64,000 bases of DNA. Source: Raja brachyura (lineage: Eukaryota). Below the pieces are notes generated by a model. That model made no database searches and was not told the DNA's origin. It saw nothing but the letters and a program-made list of their open reading frames with translations. Position 1 is the stretch's first letter, and the number at the start of each line of letters is the position of its first letter. The stretch covers positions 118,978,001-119,042,000 of the forward strand of contig OY740781.1 of NCBI GenBank assembly GCA_963514005.1. The letters run 5' to 3'. Positions 49,513 to 62,579 of the stretch are shown here, in pieces. A program made the position numbers and the translations under genes.

Positions 49513-52500
49513 TTTTTTTTAAAATAATTTTTTTAATTAGAAGTAAATACAGAATCAAAAGCATTTTGTTTGTTGTAGTCATACATTATTAATATTATTT
49601 ATATTAACAATTGTATAGTAATTGTACTTCTATATATTTTTTAATTTTTTTTATAGATAGAAAGTAATAGAGAGGGGAAAAAACAAAAAAAAACAAAAAA
49701 AGAATGGAGTATTCAACTGATTATGCATCATTGGAGATATGTCTGCGGATTATAAAATGTAATTCTTCATCTATTCCTTGATTCAGGTTTCAGTCAGATT
49801 CTCGTGCCGAACCAGTTTTCCCCTTCAAATATTCAATCAATGGGGACCATATTCTAGTAAATAGTTCTTGTTTGTCCATTAAGACAAATCTTAATCTTTC
49901 CAATGTAGGGTCTCCGACATTTCCATAGTTCACATTTTAATTGTGGGGGTTATAGGGCCTTTCCAAAATGTTAATATTAATTTTTTCCCAATTATTAAAC
50001 TACAATCGATAAAAGTTCTTTGGTTCATTGTAAATAATTGATTTTGTTCAAGTATTCCTAATATTATTAATTTTGAATCAGGGACCAATTTGGTATTGAC
50101 GACTTCCGATATTATCTTAAAAATTTCCATCCAAAAATTATTAATTTTTATACAGCTTACAAATGTGAGGGTTAAATTAGCCTCTAAGTGTTGACATTTG
50201 TCACAAATAGGGGATACGCATGGGAAGATTCTTTTTTTTTTGTAATATCTTTTTTTATTAAAAGTAACCAATTATAATGCTTTTAGCAACTTTTCAAACA
50301 TCAACTTAATTCCATTATTTTACAGATAATGCATTAATAATTCTTCTTATACTCTATTTTTTTTAGAAATATAGATAGAAAAAGAACAGAACAGTTATAA
50401 ATCATTAAAGGTGTGATTAAATAATAATTTGATTATATATAAGAAAGTGAAAAAAAAAGAGAAAGGGAAAAAAGTTATCAAAAAAAAAAAAAAAGAAAGA
50501 GTATTATATATATATATATGTAAACAAGACAACAGTATACATTATCGATAAAGCTATTACAGATAGTAATATCCATAAAAACATGCATGTTAATCCCAAT
50601 GTGAAAATGAGTTATTCCCGCCGAATCTCTTTAGATCCCGCCAGATTCTATTTAATTTGGTTTTTGAATAGTGCAATCTATGTAATACTTTAAATTGTAT
50701 TAAAGAATGTCTAGCATTTAACGAACAGTGATGTATATGTTGTAAGCTTTCATCCCATATTTCTGGCCTTATTATTTGACCTAGTTCGTTTTCCCATGAT
50801 TGCCTATATATTTCCGTCATGGGTGCATCATTATCAAATAGAATATTATAAATATAAGATATCAATTTTTCTGTGTTCAGGTGTTTATTCAAACATTCAT
50901 CAAGAATTTCTGTCTTTCTATTTCTATAGTCCTGTGTATTTGACTTAGCATAGTCTCTAATTTGTAGATATCTAAAGTAGTCTTTTGAATGAAGCCCATA
51001 AATTTGTTATAGTGCCTGAAATGAGAGAAATGAACTATTCCTATAGAGATCACCCATGTTTGTAATTCCGTGATTTTTCCATTGTAAAAAACCTTTATCC
51101 ATCATTTAAGGTTTAAATGTAGCATTGTTTACAATGGGAAGAGATAGTGGTCAATAATCCAATTTTAGTGTCTTCTTTAATTGTTTCCAAATGCATATTC
51201 CACTGACTATTATAGGGTTTTCTTTATAGGTTTTTTTGCTTAATTTAGTAATAGCAAATAGAATCAACCCAATTTCAAAAGGTAAACAGTCTTCCTTTTC
51301 CATTTTTAACCTATCTGGTTGTTTGTCCAGTTCTTCCAACCAAAAATTCATATTTTTAATATTACCTGCCCAAAAATAAAACATAAAATTCGGTAGTGCT
51401 AAACCTCCATTTATTTTTGATTTACATAAGTGTTTTTTATTTATTATGTGGTTCTTATAATCCCAGATAAAATTGGTGACTATAGTCAATCTTTTTTTTA
51501 AAGTTTTTGAGAGATATATCGGGATTAATTGAAAGAGGTACAGTAATTGTGGGAGAAACATCATTTTTATCGCATTAATTCTACCCAACATTGAAATAGG
51601 TAATGTTTTCCAATGTAAAATATTCTTATGTAATTCGTTCAATAAAGGCGGAAATTTAGATTTAAATAAAGAAGTATATCTCTTTGTTACATAAATTCCA
51701 AGATATTTGAGTTTTTCATTTACTATTTTAAAAGGGAATTGTTGTAATATATATGTGGGTCACTTTCCATTATTGGCATGATTTCACTTTTATTCCAATT
51801 AATTCTGTATCCTGAAAACGAGCCATATTGAGTTATTAAATAAGTTAGGGATACTAACTTCAGGTTTTGTGATGTAAATTAATACATCGTCTGCGTATAA
51901 GGAGATTTTTTTTTTCAGTATCTTTGGTTTTATACCCATTTATTTCAGGATGGGACCTCATGCTTTCTGCTAATGGTTCTATTACAAGTTCAAATAATAG
52001 CGGGATAACGGACATCCTTGTCTACAGCCTCTAGATAAGTTAAATTTAGTTGATAACATTTGATTTGTTGATATTCTAGCTGTTGGATTAGTATATAAAA
52101 GTTTTACCCATGTACTAAACTTCTCGCCCAGTTGAAAAATTACCATAACCGAAAATAAATAGGGCCATTCCACCTGGTCGAAAGCTTTCTCAGCATCTAA
52201 CAAAATAATTGCTAGGTCTTTGTTAATACTTTTTGAGTATATAATATTGAATAATCATCTCGGGTTATATGAGGAATACCGTTTTGGTATAAATCCTGTT
52301 TGATCCGGGTGTATTAATTTATTGATCACTGTACTTAATCGTTGTGCGAGGATTTTAGTTAATATTTTTTGATCAGTATTTAGAAGAGCTATAGCTCTAT
52401 ATGATCCTGGATCATCCAGATCCTTATCTATTTTTGGTATAAGTGTTATAATAGATTCATTTAGCATTTCTGGTAATTTCTGTTGGGTATAGATATGTTC

Positions 52501-52850
52501 GTACAGTGTCTTTAAACACGGAACAATCAGTTCATAGAATGTTTTATAAAATTCCGAGCCAATGCCATCTGGTCTCGGGGATTTACCATGTTTAGAGATC
52601 TGATAGACTCTTCAATTTCTTTTACTGTTATTTCAGCGTCTAATAATTCTCTATCTTTCAAATCTAACCCTTTAAGATTGCATTTTTGTAAGAATGCTTC
52701 TATTCCTGTCCGGTGATCTATCGTTTTAGCAGAATAAAGGTTTTGATAATATTGCAGAAATCTCTCGTTAATATCCTTAGGTTGTACTAGTGGTTCTCCT
52801 TTGTCTGATTTAATCCTATGAATTGTTTTTTCCCCGTCCAGTTTCCACCT
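49513..52850 (-). mobile_element. 5'-truncated L1-clade LINE (ORF2 remnant)
   Basis: ITLIPK...SYRAIALLNTDQKILTKILAQRL...HPDQTGFI; LDAEKAFD; GCRQGCPLS; LYADDV; GRINAIKM; GGLALPNF; poly(A); 13-bp TSD TTAAATCTTATCT / TTAAATTTTATCT (49500-49512 and 52851-52863). Confidence 0.92.
50233..50642 (-). mobile_element. Poly(A)-tailed insertion (L1-like 3' UTR) nested in the L1
   Basis: TSD AGATTCT at 50226-50232 and 50643-50649; removing it rejoins KTKLNRI|FPCVSPICDKC. Confidence 0.8.
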
Positions 52851-52866
52851 TTAAATTTTATCTGCC

Positions 52867-53250
52867 TGTAATTATGTGGGTGGGATTTTTACGTAGTCGG
52901 AGGCGTGTTTGCGGCTGGGATTCTCGCGCAGATACCCTTGTAGTTTTTAGTTTAATTTGAAGAATCATGGGGGAGAGGTCACAGCTTTTGACCATGCACG
53001 AGTTTGACTACGGGTGAACTCAAAATGTACTTAAACAAGAAGAAGTTTGGATAAATATCTTACTGTTTTCACTACGACAATAAAGAAACTATTAATTAAG
53101 AGACTGTGTTTTGAAGATTTATCTTTCAACGGCATTGAATGTCTCGTGGAGAGCTTGTGAATGCGTTTTGATAATCTCCTAAACCCCTGTCTTCAATCAT
53201 AGTGACTTAAAGGCGGAATCCTTGAAATGATACAAAAATCTGTCACTACA
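52867..53250 (+). mobile_element. Solo LTR, related to 3182-3599
   Basis: TGTAATTATGTGGGTGGG...CAATAAAG...ATCTGTCACTACA. Confidence 0.7.
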
Positions 53251-53643
53251 AAGAATAGCTGATTTTTTCACTTTTCTGGGAGATCTGGATGTTGGTGGTG
53301 ATTTATTTATTGCCCATCCCATATGCTTCTGAGGGAAAGTTGACAGTTAGTTGGTCCTGTTAAAACCATGACCAAAATGCTGTTGAGGAGAGAGGTTCCA
53401 GATTCACATCCAACATGATGATGGAATGGCAATGTAAGGATCCAAGTAAGGATCATGTGACTTGGAAGAGGACCCGTCAATGTGGTATTTTCATGTGCCT
53501 AGAGCCACTGTCCTTCAAGGTGGTAAAACTTGTGGGTTGGGAGATGCTATCAGAGAATCCTAGGTAAGTAAAGACAGTACATTCTGTGGATAGTGCACAA
53601 TCAAGCCGCTGAACATTAGTGGGAGAGAAAATAGAGTCGGAAC

Positions 53644-53726
53644 GTTGGTCCGAAGGGCCTGTTTCCACTCTGTAAGACTCTATGACTCCGAGTCTTACAG
53701 AGTGGAAACAGGCCCTTCGGACCAAC
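53644..53726. repeat. Perfect 37-bp inverted repeat with 9-nt spacer, formed from CR1 tails
   Basis: 53644-53680 is the exact reverse complement of 53690-53726. Confidence 0.95.
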
Positions 53727-55107
53727 TTGCCCACACCGGCCAACATGTCCCATCAACACTAGTCCCACCTACCTGCATTTGGCCCATACCCCTCTAAACC
53801 TGTCCTATCCATGTGCCTGTCTAAGTATTTCTTAAACATTGCGTTAGTTTCTAAAATGGATAGGATAATGGATGGAGTACTAACCAAGCAGTTTGCCTTG
53901 TCCTGTGGAGTTTCTCGAGAATTGTTAGAGCTGCACAACAGCAAGTGGAGAGCATTCTATCACATTCTTGTTGTGCCTTGCAGGTGTTGGAAAGGAGTAT
54001 GGGGTCAGGGAGTGAGCTACTTGTCCATACAAATAATGAAACTGCTATATGCATTGTGAGAGGTATCTCATAGTCTTATTCTTACAGATAATATGAAAGA
54101 CTTATTTACAACGTCGGGATAGGTCCTGGCCACTTGTGGGCAAATCCACCAGAAGGGAATGGCACGGAGATGTACAGGCAATATTGTGTAACTCTGGGAG
54201 TCCTCAACATTGAATGCATGTGATCTCAGATCATCAGGTCAATCACATGCAAGTAAATCTCCTCCTGATTACGCCCTCAGAAAATGATGATAAGTGGTTG
54301 TCCAAGTTCAACAATGCTAGGAGAAGCACTGAATGTGACAAGTAGGGCATATTGTGCTCTGGCTCGGGGTCTTCAGTGTTCATCACCAAGAATGACATGG
54401 TAGTACCAGTAGCAACTGAACGCTGAATCTTATCTGGCATTGCAGCCAGATGAGGTTGGCAGCAGGCTATGAGTGAACCAAATATGAGGGCTAAACAAGC
54501 TTGACCTTGCCCTAACTATTGAAAAAGGCTTCTCGAGGAAACACTTCTCTAATATTTCCATCTGTCCTTGTTCAATATTTTTGTGCACATTAAATTATGG
54601 ATAATACCACCCACACAGCCAACTGCTTGTAACTTGTAGGTGCATTGTGACTCAAATGTCTGCAGAGTTAAATATATAAAGTACTAATTTCAAATTTAAG
54701 CTGATGTAAAACTCACAATTGATTGGCAATAATGTCAGAAAAGTAATATTTGAATCTAGGTTATGGATCAGGGCCTCTCATTTGTAAACATCAGTGTGGG
54801 TTTTCTCGAAGATCTTCAGTTTCCTCCCACACTCCAAAGACATATATGTTGCTTGGTATGAATGTAAATTGTCCCTAGTGTGTGTAGGATAGTGTTAGTG
54901 TGCAGGGATCTCTGGTCAGTGTGGACTCGGTGGGTCAAGTGCCTGTTTCCGCGCTGTATCTTTAATCTAAACTAAACTTTTACAATATAAACACAACTTT
55001 TATATTTTTATTCCTAAACTATTAAGAATTGCAGGAACATAATCTGGCTAGATAATTTACAAACGTTTTCATGTCTCATTCTGAATCTATGTGGTTCTAC
55101 CATATTA

Positions 55108-55676
55108 AGGGGCTGTCCCACTTGGGCGATCTAATTGGCGAGTTTAGAAGAGTTTAAGAGAGTTTGAAAAAATGTCACGTTGAAGACTTCCTTCGACTAT
55201 GTAGAAGATCTCCTTCGACCTCTTTCGACTATGTTAAAGCCTAGCTTCGACTAGCTACGGCTAACTTCGGGAAAATTGGACACCGAATAGTGGAGAGTGA
55301 AGATGACCTTCGATCTCCTTCGACCTCCCTTTGACTATGATGAAGACTATCTACGACTACCTTCGACTACCTTTGACTACTCTCGATTACCTACGACTAA
55401 CATGCCTACCTACTACGACCTACTACGACTAAACCTAGAGGAAAAAAAGTATCAATTTTTTCCATGGTGACCTTTTTTTACTCGCGGCCTTTTTTTTAAC
55501 ATATTGAAAAAAACGCCGGGACCTAGCTGAGGCCTCGAGTACGCGGAGACCACTCTTGAACATGAAGGAGAGTTACGAAGACGTCCTACGACCTCGTGCT
55601 GACCATGCTGTGAGTATGAGTCGAGGGCAAACTCGCCAGAACTCCCGGATTAGGTCACCCAAGTGGAACAGGCCCT
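55108..55676. mobile_element. PIF/Harbinger-like MITE
   Basis: TIRs AGGGGCTGTCCCACTTGGG / CCCAAGTGGAACAGGCCCT; TTA on both sides; internal CGACTA/CGACCT repeats. Confidence 0.88.
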
Positions 55677-58049
55677 TTAGTTAGTGTAAGTTAAAGACGT
55701 GACTGAATGAATTACATTGACAATATTTTGATCTATTAATGCAACATACAATCTTGTACCTCAAAACATAATATTGCATTCTAGTAGAATAAAAAAATGG
55801 CATGAATGGAGCAAACATTTTTGGATGCAGAAACGGGATTGATGTCTGCATTTGATTATTATTCATGGATGTACTTTTGCACTCTCAAAAAGGAATACAA
55901 AAATAATAGCCTGAATGATTTTACTACGGTTGTTCAGCTGCTATTTACTATGTCACACAAACTAAAAATGGCAGGTACACATCAGCATTTTTATCATTTG
56001 GAACTTTGATTAAGTAACAAATATCAAAACTATCTAATTTTTTAATGGATACTGGAAGTCATATCTCCATGGCTTATGTGTTGCATTAATAATTGTGTTA
56101 ATAGAATCCATCTTCATGCCTCTCAATCTGAAAACATACAGAACAGTTCTGGCTAATCTCATCCAACTGAATTTTGTAGGTGTGGAAATAAGTGCAATTT
56201 ATCACTGCCATATGACCGTTTCCAGACTCATAACAAGTTCAGTCTGGTATCAAATTAAACGCTGTTACTCCAAAAGCAAGGCAATGTAAATATTTTTAGC
56301 ACCATATTATTTTAGTCAGTCAACTCTGCTTTGTTGAGTGGAAACATACTGATATAATATAAGGAAACAAAATATCAGTGGTGACAGCTTGTGAGATACC
56401 AAATCCACTTCTGTGCATCCAGTGGAGTATTACTCCTTGTGTTAAATCTTGTGTTGGATGAAAAAAAATCTTTAAAAAAAACACAGAATTAAGTATTCCT
56501 GCTGTTTGAAGTTCAGTGAAAGGATATTACTCTGAAGAAGGAAACTGGCTGTAACACCTTCCTTCATGGATATAATGTGAAAAGTTCACCAAAGTGGAAA
56601 ATGTTCTGCCGTCACAGTATGAAGTTATCGTAATATTTATAAATGTAATCAGACAAAGATTACTAAGATAGGCTCTTACTTCCTTGATGTGCCTCAGGAA
56701 AGAACTGGGAAAATTTGATAACAGTGTGAAAGGGCTCGAAGTTGAAGCATTCCCAGAGACAAAAGGCTATCTATTAATAATTTCAATTTTTTAATTAAAA
56801 TTTCACTATACATATTAAAAGTTCTGCTATGAATATGAATGCATTCATAACATGACATTTGTGTAAATTGGGTCATCTCAGTGGTCTTGGGATACTGAGC
56901 ATTCAGCTACAAGCAGTATGTATATCTGTTATTAAAAATGGAACCTGCACATTATTATTAAATCTGATATTGAAGTAATCAGGTTGAAATGCTTTAGAGG
57001 CACACAGTTATGGTAAGTCACACACATCATTTAATCAGATATATGAAACTTATAATGTTAAAATGATGGGGTGAAAATGAGATCTAAATAACAGAGCAGC
57101 AGTTTGTTGTTATGAAAACAAGACAGCTTTTGCCAAAGTGTTAGAAAAGCTCTTTTTTGACAACATTTGTATGAATTCCAATGTATATTTTGATAGAACT
57201 GTGCCTACTTCTGACAGTTAATGTTTAGATTACATTGGAACATGACTTTTGGCATTGAAATTGTTTAGTTGCTCATCCTACTGTGTACTTTTCTGATGTT
57301 TGTTGAAGCAACTTTCTATCATTGCAATGTGTGCTTCTGAATCTTCTCCATATGTTATGGAACAGTTAAATGTCAGCCAAGTATTTCTTAGTGTGTGAGG
57401 TTTTAGGCTTTCTAAGTAAATATTATAGCATTTTTCATGAATAGCCCCTCTTAATAAAGATTCAAAATATGTCAACAAAGAAATGTTCCTCAACAACCAA
57501 ATTGGGTTGTAAAGAAAACAAGGAACAGGGACGACCATTTTCTTGCGTTTTCGATGAAAATCTTACCTAAATAGGCAATAGTGTGAATAATGTAAACACG
57601 AAAATCGACATGAAAAATAGCCAACCTCAGTCTTGTCTATTCCAACTGAGGCTGCAGTTGTTATTTGTAGATGCCTGATCATGTCAGAAGAGCATAGGAA
57701 CGTTGAATCCTTGATGAACATTTTGACCTGCACACAATCATATGGGATGAATGATGAAATAATTTACATTTTTCATGTGTTTCAATGTAAATTCAATCAT
57801 TTCCAGCCTACTCTGCAGTAATATATATGTAATTGGATGATGTTACACTCCATTTTGCACTGGATTCATTTTAAATCTAAATAATGTCTGGAATCAGAAG
57901 AAGATTATCATGCAGGTTAATTTATGAATTAATATCTGTACTAGGAATTGTAAAAATAATTAACATCAAATGCTTCGAGACTACATGTTTTCCGTGCAAG
58001 ATTATCACGTGAGGTTCAATTAAAAGTAACGATCAAAATATTTTAGTTC

Positions 58050-58610
58050 TGGTTAGTTTAGTTGAGTTTAGAGATGCAGTGTTGAAACAGACCCTTTGGC
58101 CCACAGAGTCCGCGCCAACCACAATCACCTGTACAATATTTACATCCTACACACTAGGGCAACCCTTACAAACATGCATGTTTTTAGAATGTGGGAGGAA
58201 ACCGGAGTACCCGGAGTAAACCTCCAGATTCAGAGACAGTTTCTTCTCAACTGAACAGGCCTCCCATTAACTAGAAAGCAGTTCTGACCTCCCATCTACC
58301 TCATTGGAGACCTTCAAACTATCTTTAATCGAACTTTACCTTGCACTAATTGTTATACCCATTGTACTGTATCTGTACACTGCAGACAGCTTGATTGTCA
58401 TCATATAAAGTCTTTTCACTGACTGGATAGCACACAACAAAAAGGTTTTCATGTTACCTCAGTACATGTGGCAATAATAAACTAAACTAAACTAAACTAA
58501 CCCCCGGCAGTCACAGGGAGAATGTACAAACTCCACACAGCCAGCACCTGAAGTCAGGATTTAACCCAGGTCTCTGCAGCAACTCTAATGCGGTGCCACT
58601 GTGCCACCCC
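58050..58610 (-). mobile_element. HE1-like SINE split by a Rex1/Babar 3' tail (+ strand, about 58226-58500)
   Basis: SINE motifs on both sides; the insert ends aataaa(CTAAA)n. Confidence 0.7.
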
Positions 58611-59049
58611 TAATAGCAATTAAGGGGTTTTTCAAAGGGGCCTGACATTTTAATAGAGACCCGACCAAGTGGGATCCGTTGGGTTCCGTTCGCCAATGTG
58701 GGGGGGCGGGGGGCGCACACAGCATCACAGGGGAGGGCTGGTTCTACTTAATTGGTCTTTTAATCCGATGCCATTAAATGGCGTTAGATTGTGTTAAATG
58801 ATTGTCCCATTTAAAAGAGTAGTTTGACCCTAGGATGTAGATAGGACCTTGACCACCATTTTTGTATTAAAACTGAGTAGAATAAACAGTGCTCATTCAC
58901 CAGCCAACATTTGCTGACAGCCCAGCAGAAAAGAAACACAAATATAAATTGAAACTCAAAACTGTAGATATGGACATTGGAAATAGAAACTGAAAATGCT
59001 GCTAATGCTCAGCAGTGAGAAAAAATCTATGGAGCGAGAATTAGAGTTA

Positions 59050-59297
59050 AGGGCCTGTCCCACTTTCATGACCTTATTCACGACCTTTTTTACTCCTGGA
59101 CATTTTTCATCAGGCTAGAAAAACGCTCCGATCTACTTGATGCCACGTGTACCTATAACTAGCATCACGACCTACCTACAACCTACCTACGACCTCCTAC
59201 GATCTCCTACAACCTCGGGACAACCATGCTGCAAGTATGAGTCAGGGGCACACTCACCAGAGGTCGTGAATTAGGTTGTGAAAGTGGGACAGGCCCT
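59050..59297. mobile_element. PIF/Harbinger-like MITE
   Basis: TIRs AGGGCCTGTCCCACTTTCA / TGAAAGTGGGACAGGCCCT; TTA TSD at 59047-59049 and 59298-59300. Confidence 0.9.
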
Positions 59298-60027
59298 TTA
59301 ATGATTAAGGTCACTGACTTGAAATTTAAACTGTTTCCCTTTCGAGAGATGCTGTCTAACCAATTTATATGTTGCTATTTATTTTTGTAAGAAGGTGAGA
59401 AAAAAAATACTCCTCCAGACCCAACACCAGTTGCCAAGGTGGTTGTCACTCCAGATCAACTTTTATTCATTCAAGGTTTGTGGGCTTCACTGCTGAGGCA
59501 GCATATAATTGCCCATCCCTTTTTGCTCTTGAGTTGAGTTGCTGAGTTGCTTTCTTGAACCATTGCAATCCTTTCAACTCAAAGTCCCATACAGACAGCA
59601 TCAGTAGTCAGGATCGAACTGAATCTGAAACTGCAGGCTTTTACAATTTTCTTCTGAACTGTGTCTTAGGTTAACATCAGAGATGAACTAGGCAGAGAGT
59701 TATGGGATTTTGATCCAGCGTCATTGAAGGAAAGATGATATGTTTCCAAGTCAGGATAGTATGTGGTGTTTCCATTCTTTAGCTATGCTTGTGAGTTGTG
59801 GGCTTGAAAGGTGTTGTTGAAGGAGTCTTTATTTAGTTACTATAGGGCATTCTGCATATGCTGCTAACTGCTATCACTGTGCATTGGTGGTGAAGTGAGT
59901 GAATGGTTGTGGATGCGGTGCCTATCAAGCAAGCTGCTATGTCCTGTGTGATGTCAAGCGGCTTGTGTGTTAGAGTCACACAGTGTGAAAACATGCCTTT
60001 CAGCCCAACTTGCCATTAGCGATGTTA

Positions 60028-61262
60028 AGTTTAAGTGATTGTCACATGTATCGAGGTACAGCGAAAGGCTTTGTTTTGCATTCTGTCTAAACAGATCAGC
60101 GATACCATACATAGATACAATCAGTTCAAATTGCAATAGATAGAGCGAAGGGGAAGTTACAGAGCGCAGAATATTGCTCTCAGCATTGTAGCCCATTGTA
60201 GCACATTAATTCCTGTGTGTCCTCAACGGGGTAAAGGTGAAATTAACAGTACCATAACTTATGGAAGGACTGTTTAAAAGCTTTATTAAGGAGGGGGAGA
60301 ACCTTTTCCTGAGTCAGGCAATGCGCAGTTTCTGTACCTTCTACCAGATGGAGCACTGAGAAGAAGGAACGACCAGGCTGGCACCTGACCCGAAACGTCA
60401 CCTATCCTTTATCTCCAGGGATGCTGCCTGACCCACTGAGTTACTGCTGCACTCTATGTCTATCTTTGGTATAAACCAACATCTGTTTTTCATTGTTTCT
60501 ACATCTTGGAATATGTTGGCTGTTTTTTGTGAAGTGTAGATGGAGGCAATGATGAGAAGTTTGGACTGTGCGATGGACTGGGTTACATCCACAACTCTTT
60601 GCAACTTCTTGTGATCTTGGGCAGAGCTGTTTCCTATACCAAGTTGTGATGCAATCGGCCGGTATGCTTCCTATGGTACATCTGTTGAGGTCTGTAAGAG
60701 TCACTGGAAACATGCCAAATTTCCTCAATCTTCTCAGGAAGTAGAAATGTTGGTGTGCCTTCTTGGCTGTAACATCAACATGGTTGGTACATAACAGTTC
60801 ATTACTAATACTAACACCAAAGAGCTTGACATTCTGAACCATTTCTACATCTGCCCCATTGCTGCTGATTGGGGCATGTACTCCACCATGCTTCCTGAAG
60901 TCAACAACTAGCTCCATCGCCTTGCTGACATTGAGACAGAAGTTATTGGCCTGGCACATATCACTAGGTTCTCTACGTCCTTCCTGTACTCCGTCTCATT
61001 ATTGCTCGTGATTTGGTCCACCATAGAGGTGTTGGCTGCAAACGAAGATAGAAAGAGCCAAATTTGGCCGTACAGTCGTGAGTTTACAGGGAGCATAGTA
61101 AGAGCCTGTAAACAGATCCCCTTGCAGGCATCGATGTTGTGAGTAAGTGTGGAGGAGTTGTTGTCACCTATCCTCACTAATTGAACTCTGAGTCAGAAAA
61201 TCAAGGATCCAGTGGGAGATAGGAGGAGATTCCTAAGTTGTGGCGTTTGGCGATGAGTTTGG
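60028..61262 (-). mobile_element. Degenerate Rex1/Babar LINE with a Penelope-like fragment inserted (about 60384-60500)
   Basis: LNVSKAMELVVDFRK...AKKAHQHFYFLRRLRKFG. Confidence 0.8.
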
Positions 61263-61264
61263 AT

Positions 61265-61810
61265 GGATTCAGGCAAGCGGTGAGTATTCCATCACATTCC
61301 TTATTTGAGCATTGTAGATGGCGGACAGGTGTTGGGAAAGTTAAGAGGCGAGTTACTCGCTACAGGAGTTATATTGTAACTTGTTGCTATATTGTGTATA
61401 TGCTACTCCAGTTCAGTTTCTGGTTAATGGTAATCCCCAGGATATTAATAGTGGGAGATTCAATGATGGTAACGCCATTGAATGTCAGGAGATGATGACT
61501 GGATTTTCTTTTGTTGGATATTGTAGGTTCTTGATGTTTGCAACCTATACGCCCATACCTGGCTATTGTCCAGGTCTAGCTGTATTTGGATGTGAAGTGC
61601 TTCATTATCTGAGGAATTGTAAAAGGTGCTGAACATTGTGCAATCATCCGCAAACATCCCTATTTCTTACCTAATGATTGAAGGAAGAACAAATGGAATG
61701 GCAGGAGATAATTGGACCTAGGACACTTCCTTGAGGAACTTTTATAGAGATGTTCTATGGCGAGGATGATTGACCTCCAACCACCACAACTATCTTCCGT
61801 TGTGCTCCAA
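61265..61810 (-). mobile_element. Old CR1-like RT fragment
   Basis: MFADDCTMF...IQLDLDNSQVWA; upstream sequence resembles VPQGSVLGP. Confidence 0.6.
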
Positions 61811-61874
61811 GCATGGACAGATTCCAGAAGATAGTGGGGAAAGGAGGTGCAAATCATCTGTTCACAATCCAAAG

Positions 61875-62178
61875 CAGCACAATGGCGCAGCCGTGGAGAT
61901 GCTGCCTTACAGTGCCAGAAACCCGGGTATGATCTTGAGTACAGGTGCTGTCTGTATGGAGTTTGTACATTCTTCGAGTGGCCATGTGGGTTTACTCAAG
62001 GTGCTCCGGTTTCCTCCCATACACCAAAGACGTAGAGGTTTGCAGGTTAATTGGCTTTGGTAAAATAGTAAATTGTCCCTAGTGTGTAGGATAGTGCTCG
62101 TGTACAGAGTGATCGCTGGTTGGCACAGACTCAGTGGGCCGAAGGGCCTGTTTCTGCATTGTATCTCTAAAGTCTAAA
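61875..62178 (+). mobile_element. HE1-like SINE
   Basis: Complete head, body and tail (tctctaaagtctaaag). Confidence 0.78.
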
Positions 62179-62579
62179 GCTGGCAAGCAGTCTTGAGGAT
62201 GTAACCACTGCCTGCTTCCTTCCACACAAAGTGCAACATATCCTGAAACTGAAGGCTTTTCAATTTTCTTCTGAACTGAGTCATAAGTTAACTTCAGAGA
62301 TGAATCAGTGAAGTTCACAATTGAATATAACTTTTGAAATAAAACTTACTGAAGTTTAATTATGTATAAATACTCATTCAAAATATTTATCTCTACACTC
62401 TGGTGTTATCAGACTATGAACATCACCCAGGCTCTTTTTTGCTACTATTCAATTTTATTAGCTTCCACGGTGGTCTCTTTATCATCTGCCCTGACAAAGA
62501 GACCATAAACATTGGGTCTTCCACTGTAAATCTACTTAAATCCTTTGTGCATATATCTTGAGATATCATTGCAGGAACT

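Noticed and set aside
58655-58745. GC-rich fragment with a small hairpin (possible Helitron-type end)
   Set aside because: Too short, with no matching other end, to classify
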